62,266 nt of DNA. It comes from Nanobdellota archaeon. GTDB taxonomy: Archaea > Nanobdellota > Nanobdellia > Woesearchaeales > UBA583. The notes under the pieces were generated by a model, which saw only the letters and a list, made by a program, of their open reading frames with translations, was not told where the DNA came from and did no database searches. This document shows positions 9,380 to 18,735 of the stretch, piece after piece. The stretch is from NCBI GenBank assembly GCA_022565615.1, contig JAIUMM010000005.1, positions 1 through 62,266 of the forward strand. Direction: 5' to 3'. A program made the translations under genes and the position numbers. Positions within the stretch are counted from its first letter, which is position 1; each line of letters begins with the position of its first letter.

Positions 9380-10486
9380 ATGTTTAAATATATGAAGAAA
9401 AATTCAAAGAAATTTGGAACTCCTCCTGGTACACTTATTTATACTGGTGAGAGTAAAAAATTATCTTATACTATTTCATTGATATCATATAATGTAGAAA
9501 ATTTTAAGAGCAGTTCTTATTCTAATTTTGATGATTTTGAAAATTATTTTAGCAAGTTTAAAAATGTTAATGACAATAAGCAAGAACATTCAAAATCAAA
9601 TGGTATTAACTGGATTCAAGTAGAGGGAATTTCAAATATTGATTTAATTCAAAATCTAGGAACATTTGCCTCAATTCATCAACTAAATCTTGAAGATATT
9701 GTAAGTGTTAATCAAAGACCTAAATTTGAAGAGGGAGAAGATTATGTGTTATGTATTCTTCAAATACCTCATTACAATGAAGATGAAAAAATAATTTCAT
9801 ATTCTCAATTAAGTTTAATTTTAAAAAATTCATTAGTGATTTCTTTTGAGGAGAGTAAAAATATCTATACTAAAACTATTAAAGAGAGAATTGAATTGAA
9901 AAAAGGAAGAGTTAGGAGTATGAACTCAGATTATTTATTTTATGTTCTAATTGATATTATATTTGATGGATATTTTAAAGTTATAGATATTTTAAATGAA
10001 AAACTTGAAGTATTGGAGGAGGAATTAATTACAAATCCTACAAAATCTACATTAAATGAATTATATAAACTTAGAAGAGAAATTTTATTTTTAAGAAAAT
10101 TATCTTGGTCAAATAAAGAATTAGTAAGTAACATATACCACTTAGATTCAAAATTATTTAGTAAAAAATTAAAACCTTTCTTAAAAGATGTTTATGATCA
10201 TAGTGTTCAAATTTTAGATTTAATTGAAACTAAAAGAGAACTTATTTCAACAATGCTTGATTTATATCAATCAAGTTTAGCAAATAAAACTAATGAAGTT
10301 ATGAAAGTTTTGACAATGTTTGCATCAATATTTATACCTTTAACTTTTATTGCAGGAATTTATGGAATGAATTTTGAGTATATGCCTGAACTTGCCTGGA
10401 AGTTTGGATATTTTGGAGTTTGGGGAATATTTATTATAGTTTCAGTTAGTTTAATTGTTTATTTTAAACGTAAAAATTGGATTTAA
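9380..10486 (+). CDS. corA: Magnesium/cobalt transporter CorA
   Basis: GTPPGTLIYTG N-terminus, QRPKFE, YGMNFEYMPEL signature, two C-terminal TM helices. Confidence 0.95.
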   Translation: MFKYMKKNSKKFGTPPGTLIYTGESKKLSYTISLISYNVENFKSSSYSNFDDFENYFSKFKNVNDNKQEHSKSNGINWIQVEGISNIDLIQNLGTFASIHQLNLEDIVSVNQRPKFEEGEDYVLCILQIPHYNEDEKIISYSQLSLILKNSLVISFEESKNIYTKTIKERIELKKGRVRSMNSDYLFYVLIDIIFDGYFKVIDILNEKLEVLEEELITNPTKSTLNELYKLRREILFLRKLSWSNKELVSNIYHLDSKLFSKKLKPFLKDVYDHSVQILDLIETKRELISTMLDLYQSSLANKTNEVMKVLTMFASIFIPLTFIAGIYGMNFEYMPELAWKFGYFGVWGIFIIVSVSLIVYFKRKNWI

Positions 10487-10568
10487 TTTTTTTAAATTTA
10501 CATATTTAAATAATAAATTTATAATTTACCTATTAAAATTATATTTTATAAGATATTTAAAAATTAGA

Positions 10569-11885
10569 TTAAATTAAAACTACAATTAATAATAATATAT
10601 AGCTTATTAATAGTCCTAAAAAATAGATACTTGCAATTTTAAATAATTTGAATCCTCCTAAAAACCATGTGAGTAATGCTTTAATTATTGTATTTGAAAT
10701 TACTGCTAAACTAATTGTCATAATTGCTGCAAATTCACTTATTGTTCCATTTCTAAATAATTGAGCAGTTGAGAGAGTTATTGCATCAACATCTACAAGT
10801 CCACTTAATACTGCTGTTATATATAATCCCATATCTGAGAAGTAATGTAAACTAATGTTTGAAACTATAATTATTGATGTGAATAATATTCCAAATATTA
10901 AAGCGGGTCTAATTCTAAAAGGTGATTTTAAGTTAGTATGTTTTTCTAGATTTGCTCTATAATTGTGAAATGTAAAATATACAATTCCAATTCCTACAAA
11001 TGGTGTTATAAGAAGAGGTATTGCCATAATTAGAGCTAAATTAGGAGCAATTATTAATATTTCAACAAATACTCTAAAAAACATAATTGATGATGCTAAA
11101 ATGATTCCTCCTGCAAATAAATAATTTAATCTTTCATTAGTTTTTGAAGAGATTGAAAATGAAGTTGTAAGTGCTGTTGATGATACTAAACCTCCTAATA
11201 ATCCTGTTAAAAAGAGTCCTTTTTTTTCACCAAGTATTTTCATTGTTACATAACTGGTAAAACTAAGTGCTGAGATTACTACTACTAAAGACCAAATAAT
11301 AAATGGGTTTAAATTTGAAATGGTACTTAGTGCTTCAATAAAGTGTTCTGGTAAAAATGAACTGATGTATTTAATTTGAGTTAAATCATAAGATTTGTTT
11401 GGTAAAATTGGAAGTAAAATTGCACTAATACATATAAAAAGTAGAGTTGAGTGTATTTCTTCTCTTGAAATATTTTTTGAAAAATTATGAAGATGAGGAG
11501 TTGTGTAGAGAAGAATTGATATGAAGACTGCAATAAATACTGCAATGTATGTAGCTCCACTTCCAATTAAAAGTCCACAAATAAATGAAATTACAATTAA
11601 TATTTCATATAAAAATGAATTTTCAAAAATATTTAATCGTTTAGTTTTTGCTATATTTTCGTGCATTACAAAGAGAATAATACTTGCAAATATTGCATAG
11701 ACTATATATGTCATTGAGAATTGAGTAAATAATACTGCACTAAGAGTTCCTAGAAGTGCAACTATAATGTGTGTTCTAATTCCAGGTGTAAAGAGTCTTT
11801 TTTCATTTCTCTCAACTTGAACTCCAATTAATCCTCCAAGAGCTGATGAAATAATAAATAATAGAAGTAGTTCAATTTCACTCAT
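10569..11885 (-). CDS. MgtC/SapB family membrane protein with a DUF4010-type C-terminal domain
   Basis: GGLIGVQVER...PGIRTH N-terminus, GGLVSSTALT and SGLVDVDAIT motifs, many TM helices. Confidence 0.85.
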   Translation of the reverse strand: MSEIELLLLFIISSALGGLIGVQVERNEKRLFTPGIRTHIIVALLGTLSAVLFTQFSMTYIVYAIFASIILFVMHENIAKTKRLNIFENSFLYEILIVISFICGLLIGSGATYIAVFIAVFISILLYTTPHLHNFSKNISREEIHSTLLFICISAILLPILPNKSYDLTQIKYISSFLPEHFIEALSTISNLNPFIIWSLVVVISALSFTSYVTMKILGEKKGLFLTGLLGGLVSSTALTTSFSISSKTNERLNYLFAGGIILASSIMFFRVFVEILIIAPNLALIMAIPLLITPFVGIGIVYFTFHNYRANLEKHTNLKSPFRIRPALIFGILFTSIIIVSNISLHYFSDMGLYITAVLSGLVDVDAITLSTAQLFRNGTISEFAAIMTISLAVISNTIIKALLTWFLGGFKLFKIASIYFLGLLISYILLLIVVLI

Positions 11886-11996
11886 AATATGTATATTTTA
11901 AATATTTTATTTTAAATAAAAATGTAATTGTGAAGGAGGAGTTAAGAGGAATAGAATTATAGCTACATTTAAATATTGATTTTTATTATTTAAAAT

Positions 11997-12836
11997 ATGT
12001 CACAAGAATTTGTTGAAAATCATAAAAGAATTATTTATAATTCAAATACTCCAAATGCTATTTTAATGGAGAGTGTATTTGCACTGATGAATGAGGGTTC
12101 ATATGAAGCAAAGGAAGTATTATTTGATATTGCAAGAAATCATAAGTGTGAGTTAATTAGGCATGAGACTATTTTTGCAATTGGAGAAATTGGGCCAGAT
12201 AAGGATATACGAGATTTTTTAAAAGAAACATTAAATGTTGATAATTCCATTGTAGTGCAACATGAAGCGTTAGTTGTGCTTGGACTTTTAGGAGTTGAAG
12301 AAGACAAAGAGTTTTTAGAGCAATTTTTAGAAGATGAAAGAATTGAAATTTCACAAAGTGCTAAGGTAGGAATTCAGAGAATTGAGCAAACATTTGATTT
12401 TTACAATGAAGTCCTGAAAAGTGAAGAGAGTGAGAGAGAATTTAGGGAAAAATTGCAAGACACATTAAATGTATGTGAAAATGATAGAATTCAAATTATG
12501 TTTCAATTAATGAAGCATGATACTTCTAAGAATGCACAAGCAATTTATCAAAGATTTACACAAGATCCTTGTCCAATTGTAAGACATGAAGCTGCGTTTT
12601 GTTTAGGAGAGATGAAAAGTGATGAAGCGTATTCTTGTTTATCAAAAGGAGTTTTTGAACAAGAGTATCCTATTGCAATTCATGAAGCACTATTTGCACT
12701 TGGAACAACTGGAAGAGAAGAAGCACTTGAAGTATTAAATCAATTTATTAATGATGAAAATTATATCATCTCACAAAGTGCAGTGATTGGAAAGGAGAAG
12801 ATAGAACTTGTTAAAAATCCATATCGTGGTGTCTAA
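11997..12836 (+). CDS. HEAT-repeat protein with deoxyhypusine hydroxylase (DOHH)-like architecture
   Basis: Two-fold internal repeat with four HE motifs at H56-E57, H89-E90, H197-E198, H229-E230 (codons at 12162, 12261, 12585, 12681). Confidence 0.7.
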   Translation: MSQEFVENHKRIIYNSNTPNAILMESVFALMNEGSYEAKEVLFDIARNHKCELIRHETIFAIGEIGPDKDIRDFLKETLNVDNSIVVQHEALVVLGLLGVEEDKEFLEQFLEDERIEISQSAKVGIQRIEQTFDFYNEVLKSEESEREFREKLQDTLNVCENDRIQIMFQLMKHDTSKNAQAIYQRFTQDPCPIVRHEAAFCLGEMKSDEAYSCLSKGVFEQEYPIAIHEALFALGTTGREEALEVLNQFINDENYIISQSAVIGKEKIELVKNPYRGV

Positions 12837-12875
12837 GTTGCTTTGCAACTTGAATAGTTTTTTTTAAGTCATACA

Positions 12876-13454
12876 ATGAGTAAAAATAAATATATTAAAA
12901 TGGAAGATATTGATAGAAAAAAAGAAGTTGAAAAAGAAATTGAAAATTTAATTGATGAGTTTAAAAAAAATTCAGACAAATTTTTAACTGAAGAAGATTT
13001 AAGGTCTTACTTATATCATTTATTATTAGATAAATTTGGCAAACTTAAAAAAACCAAGAGCAATTCTAGTTCTATAGAATTACACTCTGAAGTTAGATGG
13101 TATGGTGAAAATAAAGGATTGAAATATCGTTCTGATTTAGTTATTTTTGATGTATCTACATTAGAGACAAAATCAAGATCAACTAAACTTCCTTCAAAAG
13201 GTTACGGATTTAACAATCCTTATATAATTATAGAACTTAAACTTAGAAGAATAAATGGTTCTTCTGATAAAAAATTTTTTGAAAGTTTGATTAATGATAG
13301 AAATAAATTAAATGAAATTAAAAATAGTATAAATAATCCAAAATTATACACTTATTTAATTGGTTTTGACAAAAAACTATCACTCAATTCTTCAAAATTT
13401 AAATTAGAATCAAATGACTTCCACAAAGAATATTATATAAAGTCTAATAAATAA
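12876..13454 (+). CDS. Putative PD-(D/E)XK nuclease-fold protein
   Basis: E...RSDLVIFD...IIIELK arrangement, typical of restriction-endonuclease-like folds. Confidence 0.5.
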   Translation: MSKNKYIKMEDIDRKKEVEKEIENLIDEFKKNSDKFLTEEDLRSYLYHLLLDKFGKLKKTKSNSSSIELHSEVRWYGENKGLKYRSDLVIFDVSTLETKSRSTKLPSKGYGFNNPYIIIELKLRRINGSSDKKFFESLINDRNKLNEIKNSINNPKLYTYLIGFDKKLSLNSSKFKLESNDFHKEYYIKSNK

Positions 13455-13515
13455 ATTTAAAATGTCTAACTATTAAAAATTTATTTATAATACTCCTACA
13501 AATTTTTTAAAGGAG

Positions 13516-13523
13516 TTTATAAA
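13516..13523 (+). promoter_or_regulatory. Archaeal TATA box of the glmM-like gene
   Basis: TTTATAAA 22 nt before the ATG at 13546. Confidence 0.6.
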
Positions 13524-13545
13524 GGATTATCTCTAAGTAATAGAT

Positions 13546-14913
13546 ATGTTACAAAGAGTACAAGATACACACTATCCTCCTCTTACATCAGGAACTGATG
13601 GGTTTAGAGAAAGAGTTGAAAATTTTTCACCTCAAGGTATTAGAAGAATGGGGCAAAATTTAGCACAAAGATTGCCTACAAATTCAACATACGTTATTGC
13701 AAGAGATACCAGAGAGTCAGGAGTTGATTTTCAAAGATATTTAGAAGAAGGAATTAATGCAACTAATAGAGGAATTAAAGTAGAAGATGTAGGAGTTGTT
13801 CCAACTCCTCTTTTAAGTTATATCACAACTCACCCAAGAATTCAAGGAGGAGTAATGATTACAGCCTCACACAATCCATCACATGATAATGGATTTAAAT
13901 TTTTTGATGAACAAGGTAGAAAAATCTCAAAAGAAGATGAAACGCAATTAAGAGATGCGTATAACAACTCAAATATACATACATTTAATCACAAAAAAGT
14001 AAGTGTTAGTCCTCTTCATCCTTATTCTCAAGAATCAAAAGAGAAATATATTTCACAAATTAAAAGTTTATTAGAACAATCACAATTTCAAGGTAAAGTG
14101 GCAGTTGATTGTGCAAATGGTGCAACAGTTGATGTAGTAAGAGATATTTTCAAACATACAAAAAGAGGACTTGAATTTGAATTATTTGCAAATACACCAA
14201 ATGGTCATAATATTAATGAGAATTGTGGTGTAACAAGTCCCCAATTTTTAGAACAAATTTTAAGAAGAGGAGGTTATCAACTAGGAATTAGTTTTGATGG
14301 AGATGGGGATAGAGTTGGATTTGTAGATGAAAGAGGTCAAAGAATTGATGGAGATTTCGTATTAGGATATTTAGCAACAAAATTACACGAAGAAGGAAAA
14401 TTACAAGGAAGAGGAGTTGTGGTAACTCAGTACTCAAATTTAGCACTTGATGAGTATTTACAAGAACAAGGAATTGAAGTTCAAAGAGTTGAAAATGGAG
14501 ATAAAGCAGTGATGGCAAAATTACGAGCTAACAATTGGAGTTTTGGAGGAGAACACTCAGGACATATTATTTTAGATACTCAAATAGGAAGTGGAGATGG
14601 GATAAGAGCAGGAGTTGAAGTACTAAGACATTTAAGTCCAAAAAACTTAGTTTCTGAACAGTTAAATAATTTATATGTACCAAATCCTCAAATTCAAAAG
14701 AATATACAACTGGAGACAAGAATCTCATCTCTAAAAGATTTATCACAAGAAACTCAAGGAATAATTCAACAAGCTACAAAAGAAGTTGAAGAAGTAGGAG
14801 GAAGAGTCTTAATTAGACCTTCAGGAACTGAGCCAAAATTAAGAGTATTAGTTGAGAGTCCAAACTTAGTGTTTAATAAAGAAATTGTACAAAGAATAAA
14901 TAAACAATTTTAA
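13546..14913 (+). CDS. glmM: Phosphoglucosamine mutase (alpha-D-phosphohexomutase family)
   Basis: GTDG, RDTRESG, ITASHNP phosphoserine loop, DGDGDR metal loop, GGEHSGH, RPSGTEPKLRV. Confidence 0.8.
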   Translation: MLQRVQDTHYPPLTSGTDGFRERVENFSPQGIRRMGQNLAQRLPTNSTYVIARDTRESGVDFQRYLEEGINATNRGIKVEDVGVVPTPLLSYITTHPRIQGGVMITASHNPSHDNGFKFFDEQGRKISKEDETQLRDAYNNSNIHTFNHKKVSVSPLHPYSQESKEKYISQIKSLLEQSQFQGKVAVDCANGATVDVVRDIFKHTKRGLEFELFANTPNGHNINENCGVTSPQFLEQILRRGGYQLGISFDGDGDRVGFVDERGQRIDGDFVLGYLATKLHEEGKLQGRGVVVTQYSNLALDEYLQEQGIEVQRVENGDKAVMAKLRANNWSFGGEHSGHIILDTQIGSGDGIRAGVEVLRHLSPKNLVSEQLNNLYVPNPQIQKNIQLETRISSLKDLSQETQGIIQQATKEVEEVGGRVLIRPSGTEPKLRVLVESPNLVFNKEIVQRINKQF

Positions 14914-14973
14914 ATTATTTTTTAACAATCATTTTTTTAATTATTTTTTAGCAATTAATTTAAAGAGAATATT

Positions 14974-16470
14974 TTATTTCAAATATTCAACTAATGTTCT
15001 AACACCTGCTCCACTTGCTCCTCTTTTACTGCTAAAACTGCTCCCTGCAATATCTAAATGAACCCATTTCACATCTTCTTTTACAAATTTTTCTAAAAAT
15101 GCAGCAGCTGAACTTGCTCCTCCATATCTTCTCATAGCTCCACTTCCAGCATTTGAACAATTAGCAATAGTTGATTTTAAAACTTCTCTGTGCTCTTCAA
15201 AAATTGGCAATCTCCACATTAATTCATATGCATCTTTACTAGATTGATATATTCTTCGAGCCATTGCATTATCATTTGAAAACATAGCAATACTCTCAAG
15301 CCCAAGTGCAATCATACTTGCACCTGTAAGAGTTGCACAATCAATTAATTCTTCAACATTGAATTTTTCTTGAACATAATCCATACAATCAGCAAGAACT
15401 AATCTTCCTTCAGCATCGGTATTTGTAATTTCAACACTAATTCCTCTTCTTGAAATAAATACATCTCCTGGTTTATAAGATAATGAGTCAATTGAATTTT
15501 CAGCACATCCAAGTACAAGTACAATATTTTTTTCAATTTTCATTTCAACTAATGCTTTAAATGCACTAAGAGTTGTAGCAGCTCCTGCCATATCAAGTTT
15601 CATATCTTCAACAGCTCCAGTTGGTTTTAAGTTAATTCCTCCTGTGTCAAATGTAATTCCTTTTCCAACAAGAGCTGTAAAGACTTCAGTTTTAGGATTT
15701 CCTTTATATGTTGCATAAAGCATTCGAGGAGGAGTTTGAGCACTTTTACCTACTTGATAATGTAAATTCATATTCTCTTTAACTAATTCTTCTCCAACTA
15801 TTGCTTTAAATTCTAAATTATGTTTTTTTGAAAATTCTTCTAGTTCATTATGTAAATATTCACTTGTAATCTCACACGCATTTGAGTTTACTAAATTTCT
15901 ACAATATGATGTTTGAGTGATAGTAGTTTGAATATTTGAAATACTAGTTTGATCTAAAGTTGTAATTATTTCAAGTCTAGCTTTATCTTCTACTTTGTTT
16001 TCTTCTTTAACTAATTGTAAATCCACAATATATTTGTTAAAAGAATAATTTTGATATTCAAGACATGTAAGTAAAAGGTGTTGAAATTCACTTGAATAAT
16101 TTGAAATATCAAATACTACTTCATTCTTATCACTTTTTAAATTTGAGATTTTAGATATAATTTTAGATATAACAGTTGAAATAGTTCTAAAATAATTTTC
16201 ATCATTTTTATATTGAGGAACAATTCCTATAATTTCAAATAATTTAGTATCATCATTTAAAGAAGTTATAACTACATCGTTTTCAACAACTCCCATCTCA
16301 CATAATAAAGAGGAGAATTTAGAGATATTATTATTATTATTATTATCATCTGTATTAGATATGTGAGCAAAACACTTATTTTTTGAATCAAGTGTAAGTA
16401 ATGTTAATCTATATTTATACGTATTTGTATCTTGAGTATTTTTATTATATGAAATTAGAATTTTATTCAT
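14974..16470 (-). CDS. pepA: Leucyl aminopeptidase (M17)
   Basis: VGKGITFDTGG, MKLDMAGAA, NTDAEGRLVLAD, WVHLDIAG. Confidence 0.95.
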   Translation of the reverse strand: MNKILISYNKNTQDTNTYKYRLTLLTLDSKNKCFAHISNTDDNNNNNNISKFSSLLCEMGVVENDVVITSLNDDTKLFEIIGIVPQYKNDENYFRTISTVISKIISKISNLKSDKNEVVFDISNYSSEFQHLLLTCLEYQNYSFNKYIVDLQLVKEENKVEDKARLEIITTLDQTSISNIQTTITQTSYCRNLVNSNACEITSEYLHNELEEFSKKHNLEFKAIVGEELVKENMNLHYQVGKSAQTPPRMLYATYKGNPKTEVFTALVGKGITFDTGGINLKPTGAVEDMKLDMAGAATTLSAFKALVEMKIEKNIVLVLGCAENSIDSLSYKPGDVFISRRGISVEITNTDAEGRLVLADCMDYVQEKFNVEELIDCATLTGASMIALGLESIAMFSNDNAMARRIYQSSKDAYELMWRLPIFEEHREVLKSTIANCSNAGSGAMRRYGGASSAAAFLEKFVKEDVKWVHLDIAGSSFSSKRGASGAGVRTLVEYLK

Positions 16471-16567
16471 AATTATTTATATATCTTTTATAATATAAAT
16501 ATTATGTTTTTACTCCTTAATTTCAATACATAGAATTAAAAATACTCTTTTTAAATATAAATTATAT

Positions 16568-17410
16568 ATGGAGTTAAATATCTCATTTTTATTATTAATT
16601 GGAGCTTTATTTTCAGTAATTTCTTTTTTTTTAGCAATTTTTATTTTAAGAAAAGTATTTGAAGAAAAATATAGAAGACCATGGTTATTTGTGGCTCTTG
16701 GTATTATTTGTTACGCTCCTGCTCAAGTGTTAAGATTTTTATTCTTAGATAATATTACAGGAGAGAGTATTAGTTATATTATATATGGATTTGAATTTAT
16801 TGGACATGCTTTTTTAATGTATGGTTTATTACTTGAGTTATTTATTTTAAGACTTGTAAAAGGTAAATTTGTTCAAATGCGTTTTGTGCCTGTTCAAGAA
16901 GGAAGTGTAGATGGGACATTATCATTTGATGTAACTAATTCAAAGAGTTATTTAGCATACAAAAAAGATAGGAATTTTTTACTTAAATCATTTAAAGAAG
17001 CAGTGAGTAAAGGGTATCAAGGTTTTTTACTCACAACTTCATATCCAAATGATATTAGAGGAGAATATGGACTTCAAAAAACACCTATTTTAATGATTTC
17101 AAATCCTCAAAATGAGATAAAACCTCATCTAGAAAATGATACGTATTCAGAGTCTGTTGATGCTCTACATTTTAATGAGATGATTCAAGATATTGATAAT
17201 TTTTATGCTCAAGCACAAACTCCTTTTGTAATGATTGAATTAGATATGATTTTAGAATATAATCCTTTTGAAATTGTTTTAGGGTTACTTGAATATATTA
17301 AAAGTAAAAATGAAACTCACAAAGGGATATTATTTTTAACAATTCAACAAGATTCTTTGTCATATGTTAATTTAAATAGATTAAATCAAGAATTTTTTGA
17401 ATTTAAATAA
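16568..17410 (+). CDS. Membrane protein with a C-terminal DUF835-like domain
   Basis: Three N-terminal TM helices, then a soluble domain (GFLLTTSYP, TPILMIS, VMIELDMILEYNPFE) resembling archaeal DUF835. Confidence 0.6.
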   Translation: MELNISFLLLIGALFSVISFFLAIFILRKVFEEKYRRPWLFVALGIICYAPAQVLRFLFLDNITGESISYIIYGFEFIGHAFLMYGLLLELFILRLVKGKFVQMRFVPVQEGSVDGTLSFDVTNSKSYLAYKKDRNFLLKSFKEAVSKGYQGFLLTTSYPNDIRGEYGLQKTPILMISNPQNEIKPHLENDTYSESVDALHFNEMIQDIDNFYAQAQTPFVMIELDMILEYNPFEIVLGLLEYIKSKNETHKGILFLTIQQDSLSYVNLNRLNQEFFEFK

Positions 17411-17439
17411 TTTATTTCAATTATAATACAAATATTTAA

Positions 17440-18663
17440 ATGTATTTTTACATTAAAATAGATATGAATGATAAAAATAATGCTTTAGAGCAATCTCAAA
17501 CTTCTAAACAAGTAACTCCTTGGGATGTTAAAGATGTTGTTGATTATGATAAATTAATAAAAGAATTTGGTGTAACAAAAATTGATGAAGAAGATTTAAA
17601 GTATCTTAAAACTCTTGCTCAAAAAAGAGGATTAGATGAACATATTTTTCTAAGAAGAGGTTTGTTTTACGCTCATATGGATTTGAAAAAAGTAATTGAG
17701 TTACATAAAAGAAGAGAGCCAATTTTTTTATATACTGGAAGATCACCAGGAAGTGGAGAGATGCATTTAGGTCATTTGATTCCATTTCAATTTACTAAAT
17801 ATTTACAACAGTTATTTGATTGTAATTTATATATTGAAATTCCAGATGATGAAAAATTTTTATTTAAAAAAAAAATTGAACATTTAAACGATGTAGAGGA
17901 GTTTGTTAAAAAAGATATTGAACATATTACAGCAGTTGGTTTTAATGTAGATAAAACATTTATTTTTAGAACTTCAAAATATATAGGTATAATGTATCCA
18001 TTACTTTTAAAAATTGCAAAAAAAATTACATTTTCTCAGGCAAGAAATACGTTTGGATTTGAAGGAGAGAGTAATATTGGACAAATTTTTTATCCCTCTA
18101 TTCAAATAGCCCCTACAATGTTTGAGAGTGCTCAATGTTTAATTCCATGTGCTATTGATCAAAATCCATACTTTTTACTTCAAAGAGATTTTGCTCAAAA
18201 ATTAGGTTTTTATAAAAATGCAACTATTTTATCAAAATTTTTACCAGCTCTTACTGGTTCAACAGGAAAGATGTCTGCAAGTAATGAAGAGAGTGCAATT
18301 TTACTTACAGATAATGCAAATACAATTAAGAAAAAAATTAATAAATATGCATTTTCAGGAGGGCAAGAAACATTAGAATTACATAGAGAATTGGGCGGGA
18401 ATTGTGAAATCGATGTAAGTTTTCAATGGTTGAAGATGTTTTTGATGGAAGATGATGAAGAACTTGAGCAGATTCGAATAGCTTATGAATCTGGAAAATT
18501 ATTAAGTGGTGAGCTTAAGAAAATTTGTATTGAAAAAGTTCAAAACGTAATAGAAGAACATCAAAGAAGACTTGAAGAAGTAAGAGCAAATAACGAGGTT
18601 GAAATTTTAATGAAAACAGGAATATTAGCTAAAAATATGTGGGAGAAGAATTTTTTAGATTAA
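17440..18663 (+). CDS. trpS: Tryptophanyl-tRNA synthetase, archaeal/eukaryotic type; true start probably 17464
   Basis: VTPWDV, VDYDKLIKEFG, LYTGRSP, HLGH (HIGH motif), IPCAIDQNPYF, KMSAS. Confidence 0.95.
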   Translation: MYFYIKIDMNDKNNALEQSQTSKQVTPWDVKDVVDYDKLIKEFGVTKIDEEDLKYLKTLAQKRGLDEHIFLRRGLFYAHMDLKKVIELHKRREPIFLYTGRSPGSGEMHLGHLIPFQFTKYLQQLFDCNLYIEIPDDEKFLFKKKIEHLNDVEEFVKKDIEHITAVGFNVDKTFIFRTSKYIGIMYPLLLKIAKKITFSQARNTFGFEGESNIGQIFYPSIQIAPTMFESAQCLIPCAIDQNPYFLLQRDFAQKLGFYKNATILSKFLPALTGSTGKMSASNEESAILLTDNANTIKKKINKYAFSGGQETLELHRELGGNCEIDVSFQWLKMFLMEDDEELEQIRIAYESGKLLSGELKKICIEKVQNVIEEHQRRLEEVRANNEVEILMKTGILAKNMWEKNFLD

Positions 18664-18735
18664 TTTTATTTATTCTGTATCCTCCTTCAATGAATATTAA
18701 ACTATTTAAATACTAAATTTAAGATATTAATACAA

